Part shown: positions 36,486 through 46,183 of the stretch, piece after piece
Layout: the number at the start of each line of letters is the position of its first letter
Numbering within the stretch: position 1 is the first letter of the stretch
Assembly: GCA_903857495.1 (NCBI GenBank)
Contig: CAIOFF010000034.1
Location: 13,467 to 77,466, forward strand
Direction: 5' to 3'
DNA length: 64,000 nt
From: an uncultured Holophagaceae bacterium
Lineage (GTDB): Bacteria; Acidobacteriota; Holophagae; Holophagales; Holophagaceae
Notes under the pieces: generated by a model
Databases searched by the model: none
Seen by the model: the letters and a program-made list of their open reading frames with translations, nothing else
Told to the model about the DNA's origin: nothing
Translations under genes and position numbers: made by a program

Positions 36486-38672
36486 TCAGGCGTTCGCGAC
36501 TTTGACGAAGGTCTCGTGGAAGGCCGCGTTGCCGGAGACCTTGTCCCAGGCGGTCTCGAGGATCACGGCATCACTGGCGCCCACGTTGTAGACCAGGCTC
36601 TGCAGCTTCGACTTCTTGCCGAAGCCGTGGAGCATGAACACGCAGTCCGGCCGGATCTCCTCCGTGACGCGGGCCTTGAGCCTCACCTTGCCCACGCTGC
36701 TGGCGACCTCCACGAGGGCGCCGTTCCGGATGCCGAGCCGCTCCGCGGGCTTCGGATTGATCCAGAGGTCGTTCTCCTTCATGAACTCGTTCAGCCAGAC
36801 GTTGTTGGTCTGGTTCGCGTGGGTGAAGTAGCCCACCCGGCCCAGGATGAGGCGGAAGCGGTCGTCCGGCGGCTGCACCGGGGCGGTGTAGGCCGGCAGC
36901 GGGTCGTAGCCCGCCTCCTGCAGCCGCTGGGAGAACAGCTCGATCTTCCCGGTCTTGGTGACGAAGCGGAAGTCGGGGTTCAGGGTCTTGCCGTAGGTGG
37001 GCTTGCCACTGGCGGCCCACACGCCGTGCTTCTTCATGTGCTCCATGGCCATGGGGATGGGCAGCTCCTTGAACTCCGCCTCCACCCACTGCTCGATGGT
37101 GTAGTCGAAGTAGTCGGAGAGGCCGAGCCGCTTCGCCAGGCCCTGGATGATCTCCAGGTTGGGTTTCGTGTCGTGGATGGGCTTCACCACCTGCTGCCGG
37201 TAGACCACCGCTGGCCAGATGCCGGCCATGACCTCCACGGGGTCCGTGCGCTCCAGGTAGGCGCTCTCGGGGAAGACCACGTCGGCGTACCAGGCCATGT
37301 CGCTCATGGCCACGTCGATGACGCCGATGAAGTCCATGCCCTCGATCATCTTCAGGGTCTTGGCCTGGTCCGGCATGGCGTTCATGGGGTCCTGCTTGTA
37401 GACCATCCAGGCCTTGATGGGGTAGGGCTTCCCGCTGAGCACGTTCTCGCGCAGCTTCAGGTAGACCCCGTCGCCCTTGGCGGCCAGGGGGAAGTGCTTC
37501 TCGATCTCGTCCACCCGGGGGGCCTTTGGCTCGTCCCAGGGCATGAAGAGGAACTCGCCCTTGGGCAGCTTGGCGTTGGGCACCATGCCGCCGACCTGGT
37601 CCCAGTTGCCGATGATGGCATTCAGGATGGCCTGGGCGCGGCGCATCTGGAAGTCGTTCTGGTACCAGGAGGAGCGCCGTCCGGCGTAGTAGAGGGACCG
37701 GGGCGCGGCGTCCGCGAACTCCCGGGCGATACGGGTGATGTCCCTGGCCGGGATCTCGGTTTCCTTCTCGGCCCACTCCGGCGTGTACTGCTTCACGTGC
37801 TCGGCCAGCTCGTCGAAGCCCGTGGTGTAGGCGGCGACGAAGTCCTTGCTGTGCCGGTTTTCCTTGATGATCACGTGGATCATCGCAAGGATGAACGCCA
37901 GGTCGGTGCCGGGCTTGATGGGGTACCACTCGTCGGCCTTGGCGGCGGTGACGGTGAAGCGGGGATCCAGGTAGACCAGCTTCGCCTTGCGCTCCATGAC
38001 GCCGCCGATGAGGTCCATGGTGTCGGGCGTGATGATGCTCTCGAAGCGGTTGGCGCCGGACATGATGACGAACTTGCTGTTCAGCAGGTCGAAGCTGGGC
38101 ACGGTGCCGAAGGTGGCGCTGTAGGCCAGGTTCACGGAGGCCAGGCAGAGGGTTGGGTGGCGCACCAGGTTGGGCGAGCCGAAGGCCAGGCCCAGGTTCT
38201 TGAAGAAGACCTCCTGGAAGCCCTCGGTGGAGGACCAGAGGGAGGCCTCGGGGCCGTGCTTGGCCTTAACCTCGCCCAGCTTCTTCGCGGCGAAGTCGAA
38301 GGCCTCGTCCCAGCTCACTTCCTTCCACTTGCCCTCGCCCCGGGCGCCCATGCGGATCATGGGCTTCTTGATCCGGTCGGGGTCGTAGACCTGCTTGATG
38401 GCGGCGTTCCCGCGGGCGCAGAGCATGTCGCGCGACTTGGGATTCTCGGGGTTCGGGTTGAGCTTCTTGACCACCCCGCCCTCGACCACCGCGATGGCCG
38501 AGCACTTGTTGGGGCACAGCTCGCAGGTGGTGGGGACTTCCCGGTTCTCGGCGGCGGCGCTGCGGCCCTTCTTGAAGTAGCTGAGGCAGGCCACCTGCGT
38601 GGTGGCCGCGGCTCCGGCAGTGGCGCCCGCTGCCTTCAGGAACAGCCGGCGATCCATGCGAATGCTTCCCAT
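36486..38672 (-). CDS. Molybdopterin oxidoreductase catalytic subunit, polysulfide/thiosulfate reductase (PsrA/PhsA)-like
   Basis: Tat motif DRRLFLK; FS0 CELCPNKC...LCARG; putative Cys Mo ligand in GSPNLVRHPTLC; DVVFPESAYLER. Substrate is inferred. Confidence 0.85.
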   Translation of the reverse strand: MGSIRMDRRLFLKAAGATAGAAATTQVACLSYFKKGRSAAAENREVPTTCELCPNKCSAIAVVEGGVVKKLNPNPENPKSRDMLCARGNAAIKQVYDPDRIKKPMIRMGARGEGKWKEVSWDEAFDFAAKKLGEVKAKHGPEASLWSSTEGFQEVFFKNLGLAFGSPNLVRHPTLCLASVNLAYSATFGTVPSFDLLNSKFVIMSGANRFESIITPDTMDLIGGVMERKAKLVYLDPRFTVTAAKADEWYPIKPGTDLAFILAMIHVIIKENRHSKDFVAAYTTGFDELAEHVKQYTPEWAEKETEIPARDITRIAREFADAAPRSLYYAGRRSSWYQNDFQMRRAQAILNAIIGNWDQVGGMVPNAKLPKGEFLFMPWDEPKAPRVDEIEKHFPLAAKGDGVYLKLRENVLSGKPYPIKAWMVYKQDPMNAMPDQAKTLKMIEGMDFIGVIDVAMSDMAWYADVVFPESAYLERTDPVEVMAGIWPAVVYRQQVVKPIHDTKPNLEIIQGLAKRLGLSDYFDYTIEQWVEAEFKELPIPMAMEHMKKHGVWAASGKPTYGKTLNPDFRFVTKTGKIELFSQRLQEAGYDPLPAYTAPVQPPDDRFRLILGRVGYFTHANQTNNVWLNEFMKENDLWINPKPAERLGIRNGALVEVASSVGKVRLKARVTEEIRPDCVFMLHGFGKKSKLQSLVYNVGASDAVILETAWDKVSGNAAFHETFVKVANA

Positions 38673-38703
38673 GAGGATCTCCCAAGAAACGGGGGGACAA
38701 GAA

Positions 38704-38732
38704 CCGGGCCAGGGGGTGTCGCCCTGGCCCGG
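38704..38732 (-). terminator. 11-bp GC hairpin between porin gene and psrA (stabiliser or partial terminator)
   Basis: CCGGGCCAGGG / CCCTGGCCCGG with 7-nt loop, followed by TTCTTGT on the minus strand. Confidence 0.5.
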
Positions 38733-38744
38733 AGGTCTACTGCA

Positions 38745-40442
38745 CTAGAAACGGACCTCGAGCGAGGCGTAGTAGTTCCTCAAGGTGGCCGGGTAGGAGT
38801 ACTGCAGCATGGGATTGTTGGCGAGGTTCATCGCGGACTCCCAGTTCTGGCCAGCCTGGGCGGAAGGCCCGATCTGCCAGCCGCTCATGGCGGTGCTGTA
38901 CTTGTAGTCGATCACGCCGAGCCGGAGGCCGGCATTCTTGGCGAAGCGCCACTGGATGTAGCCCTCCCACACGTCGCCGCGGGCGCCGAGCTTGTCGGTG
39001 TATTCGCCGGTGGCGGGGGTGTAGGTCCACCAGCGAGGAGACCCGTGGTTGAACTCGACGCCGAACCCGAAGGCCGGGGTCGGGTCATAGCGCACGCCGG
39101 TGTAGTAGGCCGTGGCCGTCTGGCTCTTGTTGGGGTCGCCCATGAGGCCGCCGAAGCCGGACAGCTGCGTGAGGCCGGTGGGGTAGCCCGCGGGCATCAC
39201 GGAGGGGAACGTCCAGTAGGCGCCGTACTGCGAGACCTTGCCATTCGGCAGGCTCTTGAGGTAGCCGGCGCTCACGAAGTAGGTGAACGTGTCGCCGATC
39301 TTGTGCTTCCAGGTAGCCGTGAACTGGTCCATGTCGCCGAGGTTGGCGGTGGCGCTGACGTACTGGGTCGAAGGCGTCTGGCCGGGGATGGGGAAGTTGA
39401 TGGTGTTCCCGAAGGGGATGTCCGTCATGTTGCCCATGCGGTTGTAGCCCAGGTAGAGGTTCGCGCTCTGCACGGACTCGCCCAGCTGGAAGAGCAGGGG
39501 CATGTCGAACATCACGCCCAGGACCGTGGTGTCCTTGAGGGGGCCAATGTTGCCAACCACCGGCGCGATGGCGGAGGGGTTCGTCCCGTTGAACTTGGCG
39601 AAGTCCATGCCGACGATGTTCTGGTTCGACTTGACGTTGCCGCCGCCGCCGAAGCCGCTCTCGTAGCCCACGCCGTAGCAGAGGCCCAGCAGGGTGTCCT
39701 CGGGGAAGCCGAGCTTGTCGAGCTGGAACTTCCAGCCGATGCCGTCGATGGTGGCGTTCACGGCCAGGGCCTGGGGCGTCGCCTGGCGCTCACCGCCTTC
39801 ACGCACTTCGAAGGGCGGGCCGTCCGAGGTGTTCTGGCGACCGATGGAGAGGATGCTGGCGACGGAGTTGAAGTGGTAGACCAGGCTGGCCCGCTCCACC
39901 AGCAGCGCGTCCGTGGCGGGCGTCTGGCCGGCGGTGAAGGCGGTGCTGATGGTGTTGGGCGTGCCGTTGAAGGTGGGCACGTCCGAGCCGCCGTGGATCT
40001 TGTACATGACGAGGCGGCCCATGATCTTGGCGTTCTCGTTGATGGTCATGCCCATGTTCAGGCGGAGCCGGGTGGACCACTGGACCGAGTTGCTCCAGTC
40101 CTGGGCGCTGACCGGCTGGGCGATGGGCATGGGCATCCCGGCGGCCGGGCCGGAAGGCGTCTGCATGAAGCCCATGAACTGCTGGTAGGGCTTGAAGGAC
40201 TCCTTGGTGCTGTCGAAGCGGGTGCGGAGCTCGCCGCTCCAGGCGATGTTCATGCCGGAGACCTTGGTCTCGACCTTGACCAGGCGTTCATCCACCGCCT
40301 GGGCGGTGGCGGCCTTCTCTTCGATGGCCTTGAGCTGGAGCTTCAGCTGCTCGATCTGCTTCTGCAGCTCGGCGGGGGTCTGGGCGCTCAGGGCTGCGGG
40401 CGCCAGCAGGGCGACGAGGGCGAGCGTGATGCGGGATTTCAT
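38745..40442 (-). CDS. Outer-membrane beta-barrel/porin with N-terminal coiled coil, DUF3373-like
   Basis: Signal peptide LSA|QT, coiled coil ELQKQIEQLK, WSGELRTRFD first strand, LSIGRQ, terminal ..EVRF (C-terminal Phe). Confidence 0.75.
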   Translation of the reverse strand: MKSRITLALVALLAPAALSAQTPAELQKQIEQLKLQLKAIEEKAATAQAVDERLVKVETKVSGMNIAWSGELRTRFDSTKESFKPYQQFMGFMQTPSGPAAGMPMPIAQPVSAQDWSNSVQWSTRLRLNMGMTINENAKIMGRLVMYKIHGGSDVPTFNGTPNTISTAFTAGQTPATDALLVERASLVYHFNSVASILSIGRQNTSDGPPFEVREGGERQATPQALAVNATIDGIGWKFQLDKLGFPEDTLLGLCYGVGYESGFGGGGNVKSNQNIVGMDFAKFNGTNPSAIAPVVGNIGPLKDTTVLGVMFDMPLLFQLGESVQSANLYLGYNRMGNMTDIPFGNTINFPIPGQTPSTQYVSATANLGDMDQFTATWKHKIGDTFTYFVSAGYLKSLPNGKVSQYGAYWTFPSVMPAGYPTGLTQLSGFGGLMGDPNKSQTATAYYTGVRYDPTPAFGFGVEFNHGSPRWWTYTPATGEYTDKLGARGDVWEGYIQWRFAKNAGLRLGVIDYKYSTAMSGWQIGPSAQAGQNWESAMNLANNPMLQYSYPATLRNYYASLEVRF

Positions 40443-40503
40443 AGGGTGTCTCCGTGGAGAACGGTTCAGAAGGGGAAGGAAGAGACAGCGGCCTGGCGGC
40501 GGC

Positions 40504-40824
40504 TCAGCCGCCGCAGGTCTCGGGCTGCGGGGAGTCGGAGGCGTGATTGACCAGGAAGGTCTGCACGTCCTTGACCTGCTCGGGCTTCAGCACGGAGTCG
40601 AGCTTCTCGGCGCCCTTCTTGTGCTTGCCGGCCGCGAAGTAGGCCTTCCACTGGGCCTGGGTCTTCGAGAGCGGGGTGATCTCCTTGGCCGGGGTGCCGG
40701 GCGCGTGGCAGGCCTTGCAGGTCTTCTTGAAGAAGAACTTGCCCTTGGTGTCGCTGCCGCCCTCGGCGGCCAGGGGGGTCGCGAGCACGGCGAGGAGGGT
40801 GAGGAGCTTCAGGGTGTTCCGCAT
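40504..40824 (-). CDS. Small periplasmic monoheme cytochrome c
   Basis: Signal peptide; single CKACH; C-terminal NHASDSPQPETCG. Confidence 0.85.
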   Translation of the reverse strand: MRNTLKLLTLLAVLATPLAAEGGSDTKGKFFFKKTCKACHAPGTPAKEITPLSKTQAQWKAYFAAGKHKKGAEKLDSVLKPEQVKDVQTFLVNHASDSPQPETCGG

Positions 40825-40955
40825 GGAGCACGTCCTTTCTGGGGTGGGTGGAGGTAGAGAAAGGCCGAGGCACTGGGGGGTGCAGTCGGTCGGTTAGGAC
40901 ACTCGCGTGGGGTCGAACAGTGGACACATTTCCAGATCCGCTGGATAGAGGATGG

Positions 40956-40998
40956 AAGGGTAATGATCGGGGTCAAGCGGTTCGTGACCAAGGTCACA
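40956..40998 (-). promoter_or_regulatory. CRP/FNR-like site (AAATGTGA-ccttgg-TCACG) with downstream TACCCT -10: class II-like promoter of the cyt c-porin-psr operon
   Basis: 16-mer 40983-40998 matches TGTGA-N6-TCACA at 9/10; TAnnnT hexamer gives a site centre near -40.5. Confidence 0.55.
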
Positions 40999-41177
40999 TT
41001 TAATTAAATAACCACAAAGGAATAAATGCTCAACCTCCCTGTTTGTCGCGTTTCTTTTTTCATTAATCACAAAATCGCCCACATTGACCGACCCGGATTC
41101 CGCGTGGTGTTCGGCGTCAACGACCCCCGGATTCCGGTGTTGAGGCCGGAATCCAGGGGTGGAAAGGCACTGCTCGC

Positions 41178-42767
41178 CTAGGTCCGGAACTGCCCCACGG
41201 TTTTCGCGAGGTCCTCGGCCACGTGGGCGAGGTCGCTGGAGGTCCGGGCCACCTCCTGGACGGTGCTCGCGAGCTGCGCGGTGGCAGTTGCGTTCTGGGT
41301 GGCCTGCTGGGCGCCATCCTCGACGTTGGCTGAGACCTCGTCGCTGGTGTGGGCCTGCTCGTCCGTGGCGCTGCCGATCTCCAGGATGAGGGCGGAGAGG
41401 CCGCCCACGCTCTCCTGGATGGAGCTCAGGGCCCGCACGGTTTCGCTGACCGTCTTCTGGCCCCCGGCCACGGCGGTGTTGGCTTCCTTGATGATCCCGG
41501 CGATCTCCCGGGCGGCCTGGGTGGACCGCTCGGACAGCTTCCGGACCTCGTCGGCCACCACTGCGAAGCCCTTGCCGTGCTCCCCGGCCTTGGCGGCCTC
41601 GATGGCGGCGTTGAGGCTCAGCAGGTTGGTCTGCCGGGCGAGCTCCTGGATGACCTGGACGGCCTTGACGATCCGATCGGAGGTGCCCCGGATGGTGGTC
41701 ATGGCCTCCAGCGTGTGGCTGCCGGCCTGGTGTCCTTCGCCTGCGGCCCGCACGGCGGTGTCGGCCTGCTTGCCTGCCTGGTGGACGTTGGAGGCCACCT
41801 GCTGGATGGAGGCGGAGAATTGCGTGACGGCGGCGGCGAGGCGCTCGGTGCTCTGCCGCTGCTCCTCGGCATTCCGAGCGATCTGGTTGGTGGTGGCGGC
41901 CATCTGCTCGGCCCCTGCGGACAGCTCCATGGAGCCGCTGGCCGTGCGTGCCGAGGCGTCCGAGAGGCCCTGCCAGATGATCCTGAGTTGCGCGAGGAAC
42001 TCATTGAAGGCCTTGGCCACGCGGCCCAGTTCGTCATCGCTGTGGATTGGCAGGTCCGCGCGGAGGTCGCCTCGGACCAGGCCCTGCTCGATGGCCCGGC
42101 ACATCTCCTCGGCGGGTCGGGCCACGCTCCGCGAGATGACGATCGACAGCCAGATGCCAAGGCCCAGGGCGCTCACCCCCAGGGCCAACAGCAGTAGGTC
42201 CGCGCGCTCCGAGGCCTTGATCGCCGCGAGACTCTGGGTCTTGGTGGATTGTTCCTTCAGGGCCGAGAGCTTCTCGAGGCCGGCCTCCCAGGCGTTGATG
42301 GCCTTGCGCCCCTCGCCGAAGATCAGCCGGACCGCTTCGTCTTTCCGGCCCTGGTCCGCCAGGCTCACGAACTCGTCGTGGATCCGATTGGCCGCGTCCC
42401 GGTCCGGCCGGAGCGTCTTCAGGATGGCGAGGGTCTCGAGGTCTTCCGGGCTGGTGAGCGCGGCGACCTGCTTTTCCGCGTCGTCATAGGTGGCCTTGGC
42501 CTTGGCGAGCTTCGCCTTCTGGGTCGTGCGCGCCGCGTCCGAGGACTCCAGGGCGTAGGCGCGGATGAAGCGTCCGGTCAGGAGCATCTGCCGGTCCATG
42601 AGCGCCCCGAGGACCAGGCACCGCTGCTCCTTTTCCACCAGCTGCTTGAGCGTGGCCTGGGCCCGGTTGGCCTGGAGGTGGGCGACCAGGACTGCGAAGA
42701 GCAGGAGCGCGAGCAGCGTCCCGAAGCCCAGGCCCAGCCGCCGCGCGATGTTCAGTTTCGCCAGCAT
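41178..42767 (-). CDS. Methyl-accepting chemotaxis protein (4-helix-bundle sensor, HAMP)
   Basis: [11 protein letters not shown]1, TM2, [41 protein letters not shown]. Confidence 0.95.
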   Translation of the reverse strand: MLAKLNIARRLGLGFGTLLALLLFAVLVAHLQANRAQATLKQLVEKEQRCLVLGALMDRQMLLTGRFIRAYALESSDAARTTQKAKLAKAKATYDDAEKQVAALTSPEDLETLAILKTLRPDRDAANRIHDEFVSLADQGRKDEAVRLIFGEGRKAINAWEAGLEKLSALKEQSTKTQSLAAIKASERADLLLLALGVSALGLGIWLSIVISRSVARPAEEMCRAIEQGLVRGDLRADLPIHSDDELGRVAKAFNEFLAQLRIIWQGLSDASARTASGSMELSAGAEQMAATTNQIARNAEEQRQSTERLAAAVTQFSASIQQVASNVHQAGKQADTAVRAAGEGHQAGSHTLEAMTTIRGTSDRIVKAVQVIQELARQTNLLSLNAAIEAAKAGEHGKGFAVVADEVRKLSERSTQAAREIAGIIKEANTAVAGGQKTVSETVRALSSIQESVGGLSALILEIGSATDEQAHTSDEVSANVEDGAQQATQNATATAQLASTVQEVARTSSDLAHVAEDLAKTVGQFRT

Positions 42768-42846
42768 GATGCCACCTCAGAGCCGGGGTTCAGCTCACCC
42801 TCCGGATCGGAAGCGGATCTTTATGTCATTAATGGGGGACCGGGTT

Positions 42847-42862
42847 CGTGATATCAATCACG
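42847..42862. promoter_or_regulatory. CRP/FNR-like palindrome CGTGAT-atca-ATCACG between divergent MCP and ferredoxin
   Basis: Perfect 6-bp arms; shares the flank GGTTCGTGA with the 40983 site. Confidence 0.5.
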
Positions 42863-42951
42863 CTCAGTTAAATGCTTAATGAGGAATTTCTTTATCCGGC
42901 TGGTGTTTTCCCGGCGTTCTGAGCTATGTTCGGGGCTCAGGGAGCGAGCTC

Positions 42952-43329
42952 ATGACCGACACCAGACCCCACCCCACCCGGGAGCAGGATGCGGCGGTGG
43001 CGCCCATGATCGACCACGACCTGCAGCGCCAGGTCTTTGTCTGTACCGCCAAGAGCTGCGCGGCCAACGGCTCCGAGGCGGTGCTGGAGGCCTTCCGCAG
43101 CCAGCTCATGCAAGAGAGCCTCCTGTTCTTCAAGGGCAACCAGACGGGTCCGGTCCACTGCGGCCACTGCGGGTCCGTGGGCTTCTGCGCCATCGGCCCG
43201 GCGGTCCTGGTCTATCCCGATGGCGTCTGGTACGCCCACGTCACCCCCGCGGACGTGCCGGAGATCATCGCGAGCCACCTGAAGGGCGGCGTGCCCGTCG
43301 AGCGGCTGGTGCGGAAGCGGCTGGGGTAG
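42952..43329 (+). CDS. Thioredoxin-like (2Fe-2S) ferredoxin
   Basis: VFVC....C...G...GFC..GP.V.VYPDGVWY..VTP.DV.EI...HL.GG.PVERL. Confidence 0.88.
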   Translation: MTDTRPHPTREQDAAVAPMIDHDLQRQVFVCTAKSCAANGSEAVLEAFRSQLMQESLLFFKGNQTGPVHCGHCGSVGFCAIGPAVLVYPDGVWYAHVTPADVPEIIASHLKGGVPVERLVRKRLG

Positions 43330-43402
43330 GCCTGCGTGTTGACCCTTCAGGAATCGCCGGGAATCATACCGCCCTTGCGCAGCCCATTGGGATCTTCAAG
43401 GA

Positions 43403-43676
43403 TCTCCACGAAGGACACGAAGGCGCAGTCATCGCGCCGACAGGGCATCCGGGCCTGCAGCCCCCGGTCGCGTGCGACCGGCCAAGGGGGGGGGCGGCTG
43501 GGACGGCTTTCTGGGGCCGCAGCCAGCCGCCTCCCCCTTGGGGATGCCCGGGGTGGGCCAGGGCGCATTCGTGTGCTTCCTGCGCCCGCAGGGCGTCTTC
43601 GTGAACTTCGTGGAGAGGTTGTTCTGCGGAGTCTGGCCGACAACCAGATCTGGGAATGAAACCTAACCGCAGAACT
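43403..43676. repeat. Nested inverted repeats (REP/MITE-like or structured RNA) between convergent genes
   Basis: Outer arms TCTCCACGAAGGACACGAAGGCGC (43403) / GCGTCTTCGTGAACTTCGTGGAGA (to 43616); inner GGGCATCC/GGATGCCC and CCAAGGGG..GCGGCTGG/CCAGCCGC..CCCCTTGG; TTCTGCGG/CCGCAGAA. Confidence 0.7.
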
Positions 43677-43693
43677 CGCCGAGCAGGGGCCAG

Positions 43694-44275
43694 CTAGTCG
43701 CCGGCTTCGAAGGCCTGGCGGTCCTCGGGCGTGTCCACATCGGCCCACTCGGGGCCCGCCTGGGGCAGGGCCAGGTGGGGCAGGGCGCTGGTCAGGCGCC
43801 AGAGGGAGCGCTCCCCGGAGGCCGCCAGGAGGGGGCGCAGGCGGGCCGGGAGCCAGCCGCCCAGGGGCTGCAGGTGGCCTTCGTGGAGGCCCACGACCCA
43901 GCAGGCAGCGGCAGGATCCGCGGCCGCGCAGAGGTCGGCCCAGGCCCGCAGGCGCTCGGGGGTCCAGCGCACCTGATCACAGGCCACGACCCACCAGCGG
44001 TCCACCTCGGGAGCCGCCGCCGTCGCCCAGAGGCGCAGGGCCGCCGCCGGTCCCTCGCGGGGATCATCGAGGCGGGACAGGTCGGGACGGTCCGGCAGGG
44101 CCTCGCCCAGCACCTGGACGGGTCCGTCCGGGAAGACGGCCTCGAAAACCCGCACCAGGTGCCCGCCCCAGCTGCCGCCCGCGGGGTGCTCCAGGGCGTG
44201 CTTCCGGGCGCCCATGCGCTGCCCGGCGCCGCCGCTCAGCAGCAGCAGCCCCGCCCTCAACCGCCGACCTGCCAC
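43694..44275 (-). CDS. mobA: Molybdenum cofactor guanylyltransferase MobA-like (NTP_transf_3)
   Basis: LLSGGAGQRMG..K, GP.AAL, VVACD, HLQPL, terminal DVDTPED; overlaps moaA stop. Confidence 0.75.
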   Translation of the reverse strand: MAGRRLRAGLLLLSGGAGQRMGARKHALEHPAGGSWGGHLVRVFEAVFPDGPVQVLGEALPDRPDLSRLDDPREGPAAALRLWATAAAPEVDRWWVVACDQVRWTPERLRAWADLCAAADPAAACWVVGLHEGHLQPLGGWLPARLRPLLAASGERSLWRLTSALPHLALPQAGPEWADVDTPEDRQAFEAGD

Positions 44276-45258
44276 ATGCCCAGGGGAAGGTCCGGCGCCC
44301 CGCCGTGGCGCATGGGGTGGCAGTCGAGTTTCAGCGAGAGGGACTGGCGGATGAGCTCGACGAGCTCGTCATGGGTTGCCCGGGCTCGCAGGGGCTGGAG
44401 CAGGCTCACGGGGCGGTTGCCGAACAGGCAGGCATTGAGGTCGCCCTGGCTGGTGAGGCGCACCCGGTTGCAGTGGTTGCAGAAGTCCGCGCTGAGGGTG
44501 GAGATCACGCCGACCTTCCCCTGGCTCCCGGGGATGCGGAAGAGCCGCGCGGGGCCTTCTTCGAGGCCCACGCCGGGTTCCTCCTCCAGGGTGGTTCCCA
44601 GGCCGTCCTGGATGACACGGAGGATCTCCGCCGCGGGCATGAACTGCTCCCGGCCCCAGCCGTTGCCCAGGTAGGGCATGAACTCGATGAAGCGCACCTG
44701 GATGCCGTCCTGCTGGGCCAGCCGCGCCAGGGGCAGGATCTGGCTGTCATTCCAGCCGCGCAGCACCACGGCATTGAGCTTGGTCTTCAGGCCCACGGCC
44801 CGGGCGGCCTCCAGCCCCGCCAGCACCCGGCCGAGGCCGTCCTTGGTGGTGAGGCGCTCGAAGGTCTCGCGGTCCGCGGCGTCCAGGCTGACGTTGACGC
44901 CCAGCAGGCCGGCGTCCCGGAGGCTGCGCGCCCGTCGGGCCAGGTGGAGGCCATTGGTGGTGAGGTGCACCCGGCCTTCCACCTCGGGGCTGATGCCCGC
45001 GACGATGGTCTCCAGGTCCCTGCGCAGGAGCGGCTCGCCGCCGGTGAGGCGGACCTTGCGGATGCCCAGGCTGGTGAAGACCTTCACGAGCCGGACCACC
45101 TCATTGCGGCTCATGGCCGGAGTGGCGGTCCGCTCACAGGTGCCGGTCCTCGGCTTGCAGTAGACGCAGGCCAGGTTGCACTGGTCAGTGACGGACACGC
45201 GAAGGTAGGTGATGCCGCGGCCCAGGCCATCCTTGAGTTCGTCCTTCACGCGGAGCAT
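44257..45258 (-). CDS. moaA: GTP 3',8-cyclase MoaA (radical SAM)
   Basis: YLRVSVTDQCNLACVYC, RLTGGEPLLR, FIEFMP, FCNHCNRVRL...C, C-terminal GG. Confidence 0.95.
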   Translation of the reverse strand: MLRVKDELKDGLGRGITYLRVSVTDQCNLACVYCKPRTGTCERTATPAMSRNEVVRLVKVFTSLGIRKVRLTGGEPLLRRDLETIVAGISPEVEGRVHLTTNGLHLARRARSLRDAGLLGVNVSLDAADRETFERLTTKDGLGRVLAGLEAARAVGLKTKLNAVVLRGWNDSQILPLARLAQQDGIQVRFIEFMPYLGNGWGREQFMPAAEILRVIQDGLGTTLEEEPGVGLEEGPARLFRIPGSQGKVGVISTLSADFCNHCNRVRLTSQGDLNACLFGNRPVSLLQPLRARATHDELVELIRQSLSLKLDCHPMRHGGAPDLPLGMWQVGG

Positions 45259-45403
45259 GCGGGGCAGCGGGGTCTGGGGGGGCTGCAGATAGAGGGGAGG
45301 CACGGGGGCTCCATTCCTTCCCAGGATGCCGCGTAAGCCGACCTGCGGCAGGGGTTCGTGCCAACGGTCACAGCGGCCCGGGGCTCCGTGAGAGGATGGA
45401 GCC

Positions 45404-46183
45404 ATGCTCGTGGACGCGCACTGCCACCTCACCGGGACCTACCTGGAAGCCGACCAGGTGGAGGTCACTCTGGCCCGGGCGCGGGCGCAGGATGTGACCG
45501 GGTTCATCGCCGTGGGCACGGATCTGGAGGACTCGCGGACGGTGCTGGCCCTGGCGGTTCGCACGCCCGGCGTCCAGGCCAGCCTGGGGGTGCATCCCCA
45601 CGAGGCCAAGTCCTGGTCGCCGGAGGTCGCCACTGCCCTGGAGGCCCTGCTGCGCCATCCCGCCGTGCGCTTCGTGGGCGAGACGGGCCTGGACTGGCAC
45701 TACGACCTGAGCCCCCGCGACGTCCAGGAGACCGCGTTCCGGGCCCAGATCCGCCTGGCGAAGGCCATCGGGAAGCCCCTGATGATCCACACCCGGTCCG
45801 CCCCCGAGGCGACGCTCCAGGTGCTTGAGGAAGAGGGAGCCGACGCGGTGCGCGGCATCATCCACTGCTTCAGCGAGGACCGCGCCTTCGCCAGCCGGGC
45901 GCTGGACCTGGGCTTCTACCTGAGCTTCTCGGGCATCGCCACCTTCAAGAACGCCCTGGCGGTCCGCGAGGTCGCGGCCTGGGCCCCGGCGGACCGCATC
46001 CTGGTGGAGACCGACGCGCCCTTCCTGGCGCCGGTGCCCTACCGGGGCAAGCCCAACGAGCCGGGCTTCGTGCGGTTCACGGCGGAGGTTGTGGCGGGGC
46101 TGCGAGGGATTCCTGCCACCCGGCTCGCGGAGCAGACCACCCAGAACCTGGAGGCCCTGTGCGGCTGGGCGCCCTCCTCCTGA
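45404..46183 (+). CDS. tatD: TatD-family DNase
   Basis: DAHCHL, GVHPH, GETGLD, IHTR, HCFS, ETDAPFL.P.P.RGKPNEP. Confidence 0.95.
   Translation: MLVDAHCHLTGTYLEADQVEVTLARARAQDVTGFIAVGTDLEDSRTVLALAVRTPGVQASLGVHPHEAKSWSPEVATALEALLRHPAVRFVGETGLDWHYDLSPRDVQETAFRAQIRLAKAIGKPLMIHTRSAPEATLQVLEEEGADAVRGIIHCFSEDRAFASRALDLGFYLSFSGIATFKNALAVREVAAWAPADRILVETDAPFLAPVPYRGKPNEPGFVRFTAEVVAGLRGIPATRLAEQTTQNLEALCGWAPSS

Noticed and set aside
36486-38672. Selenocysteine or recoding in the molybdoenzyme
   Set aside because: The ORF is uninterrupted with Cys at the putative ligand position; no in-frame TGA.
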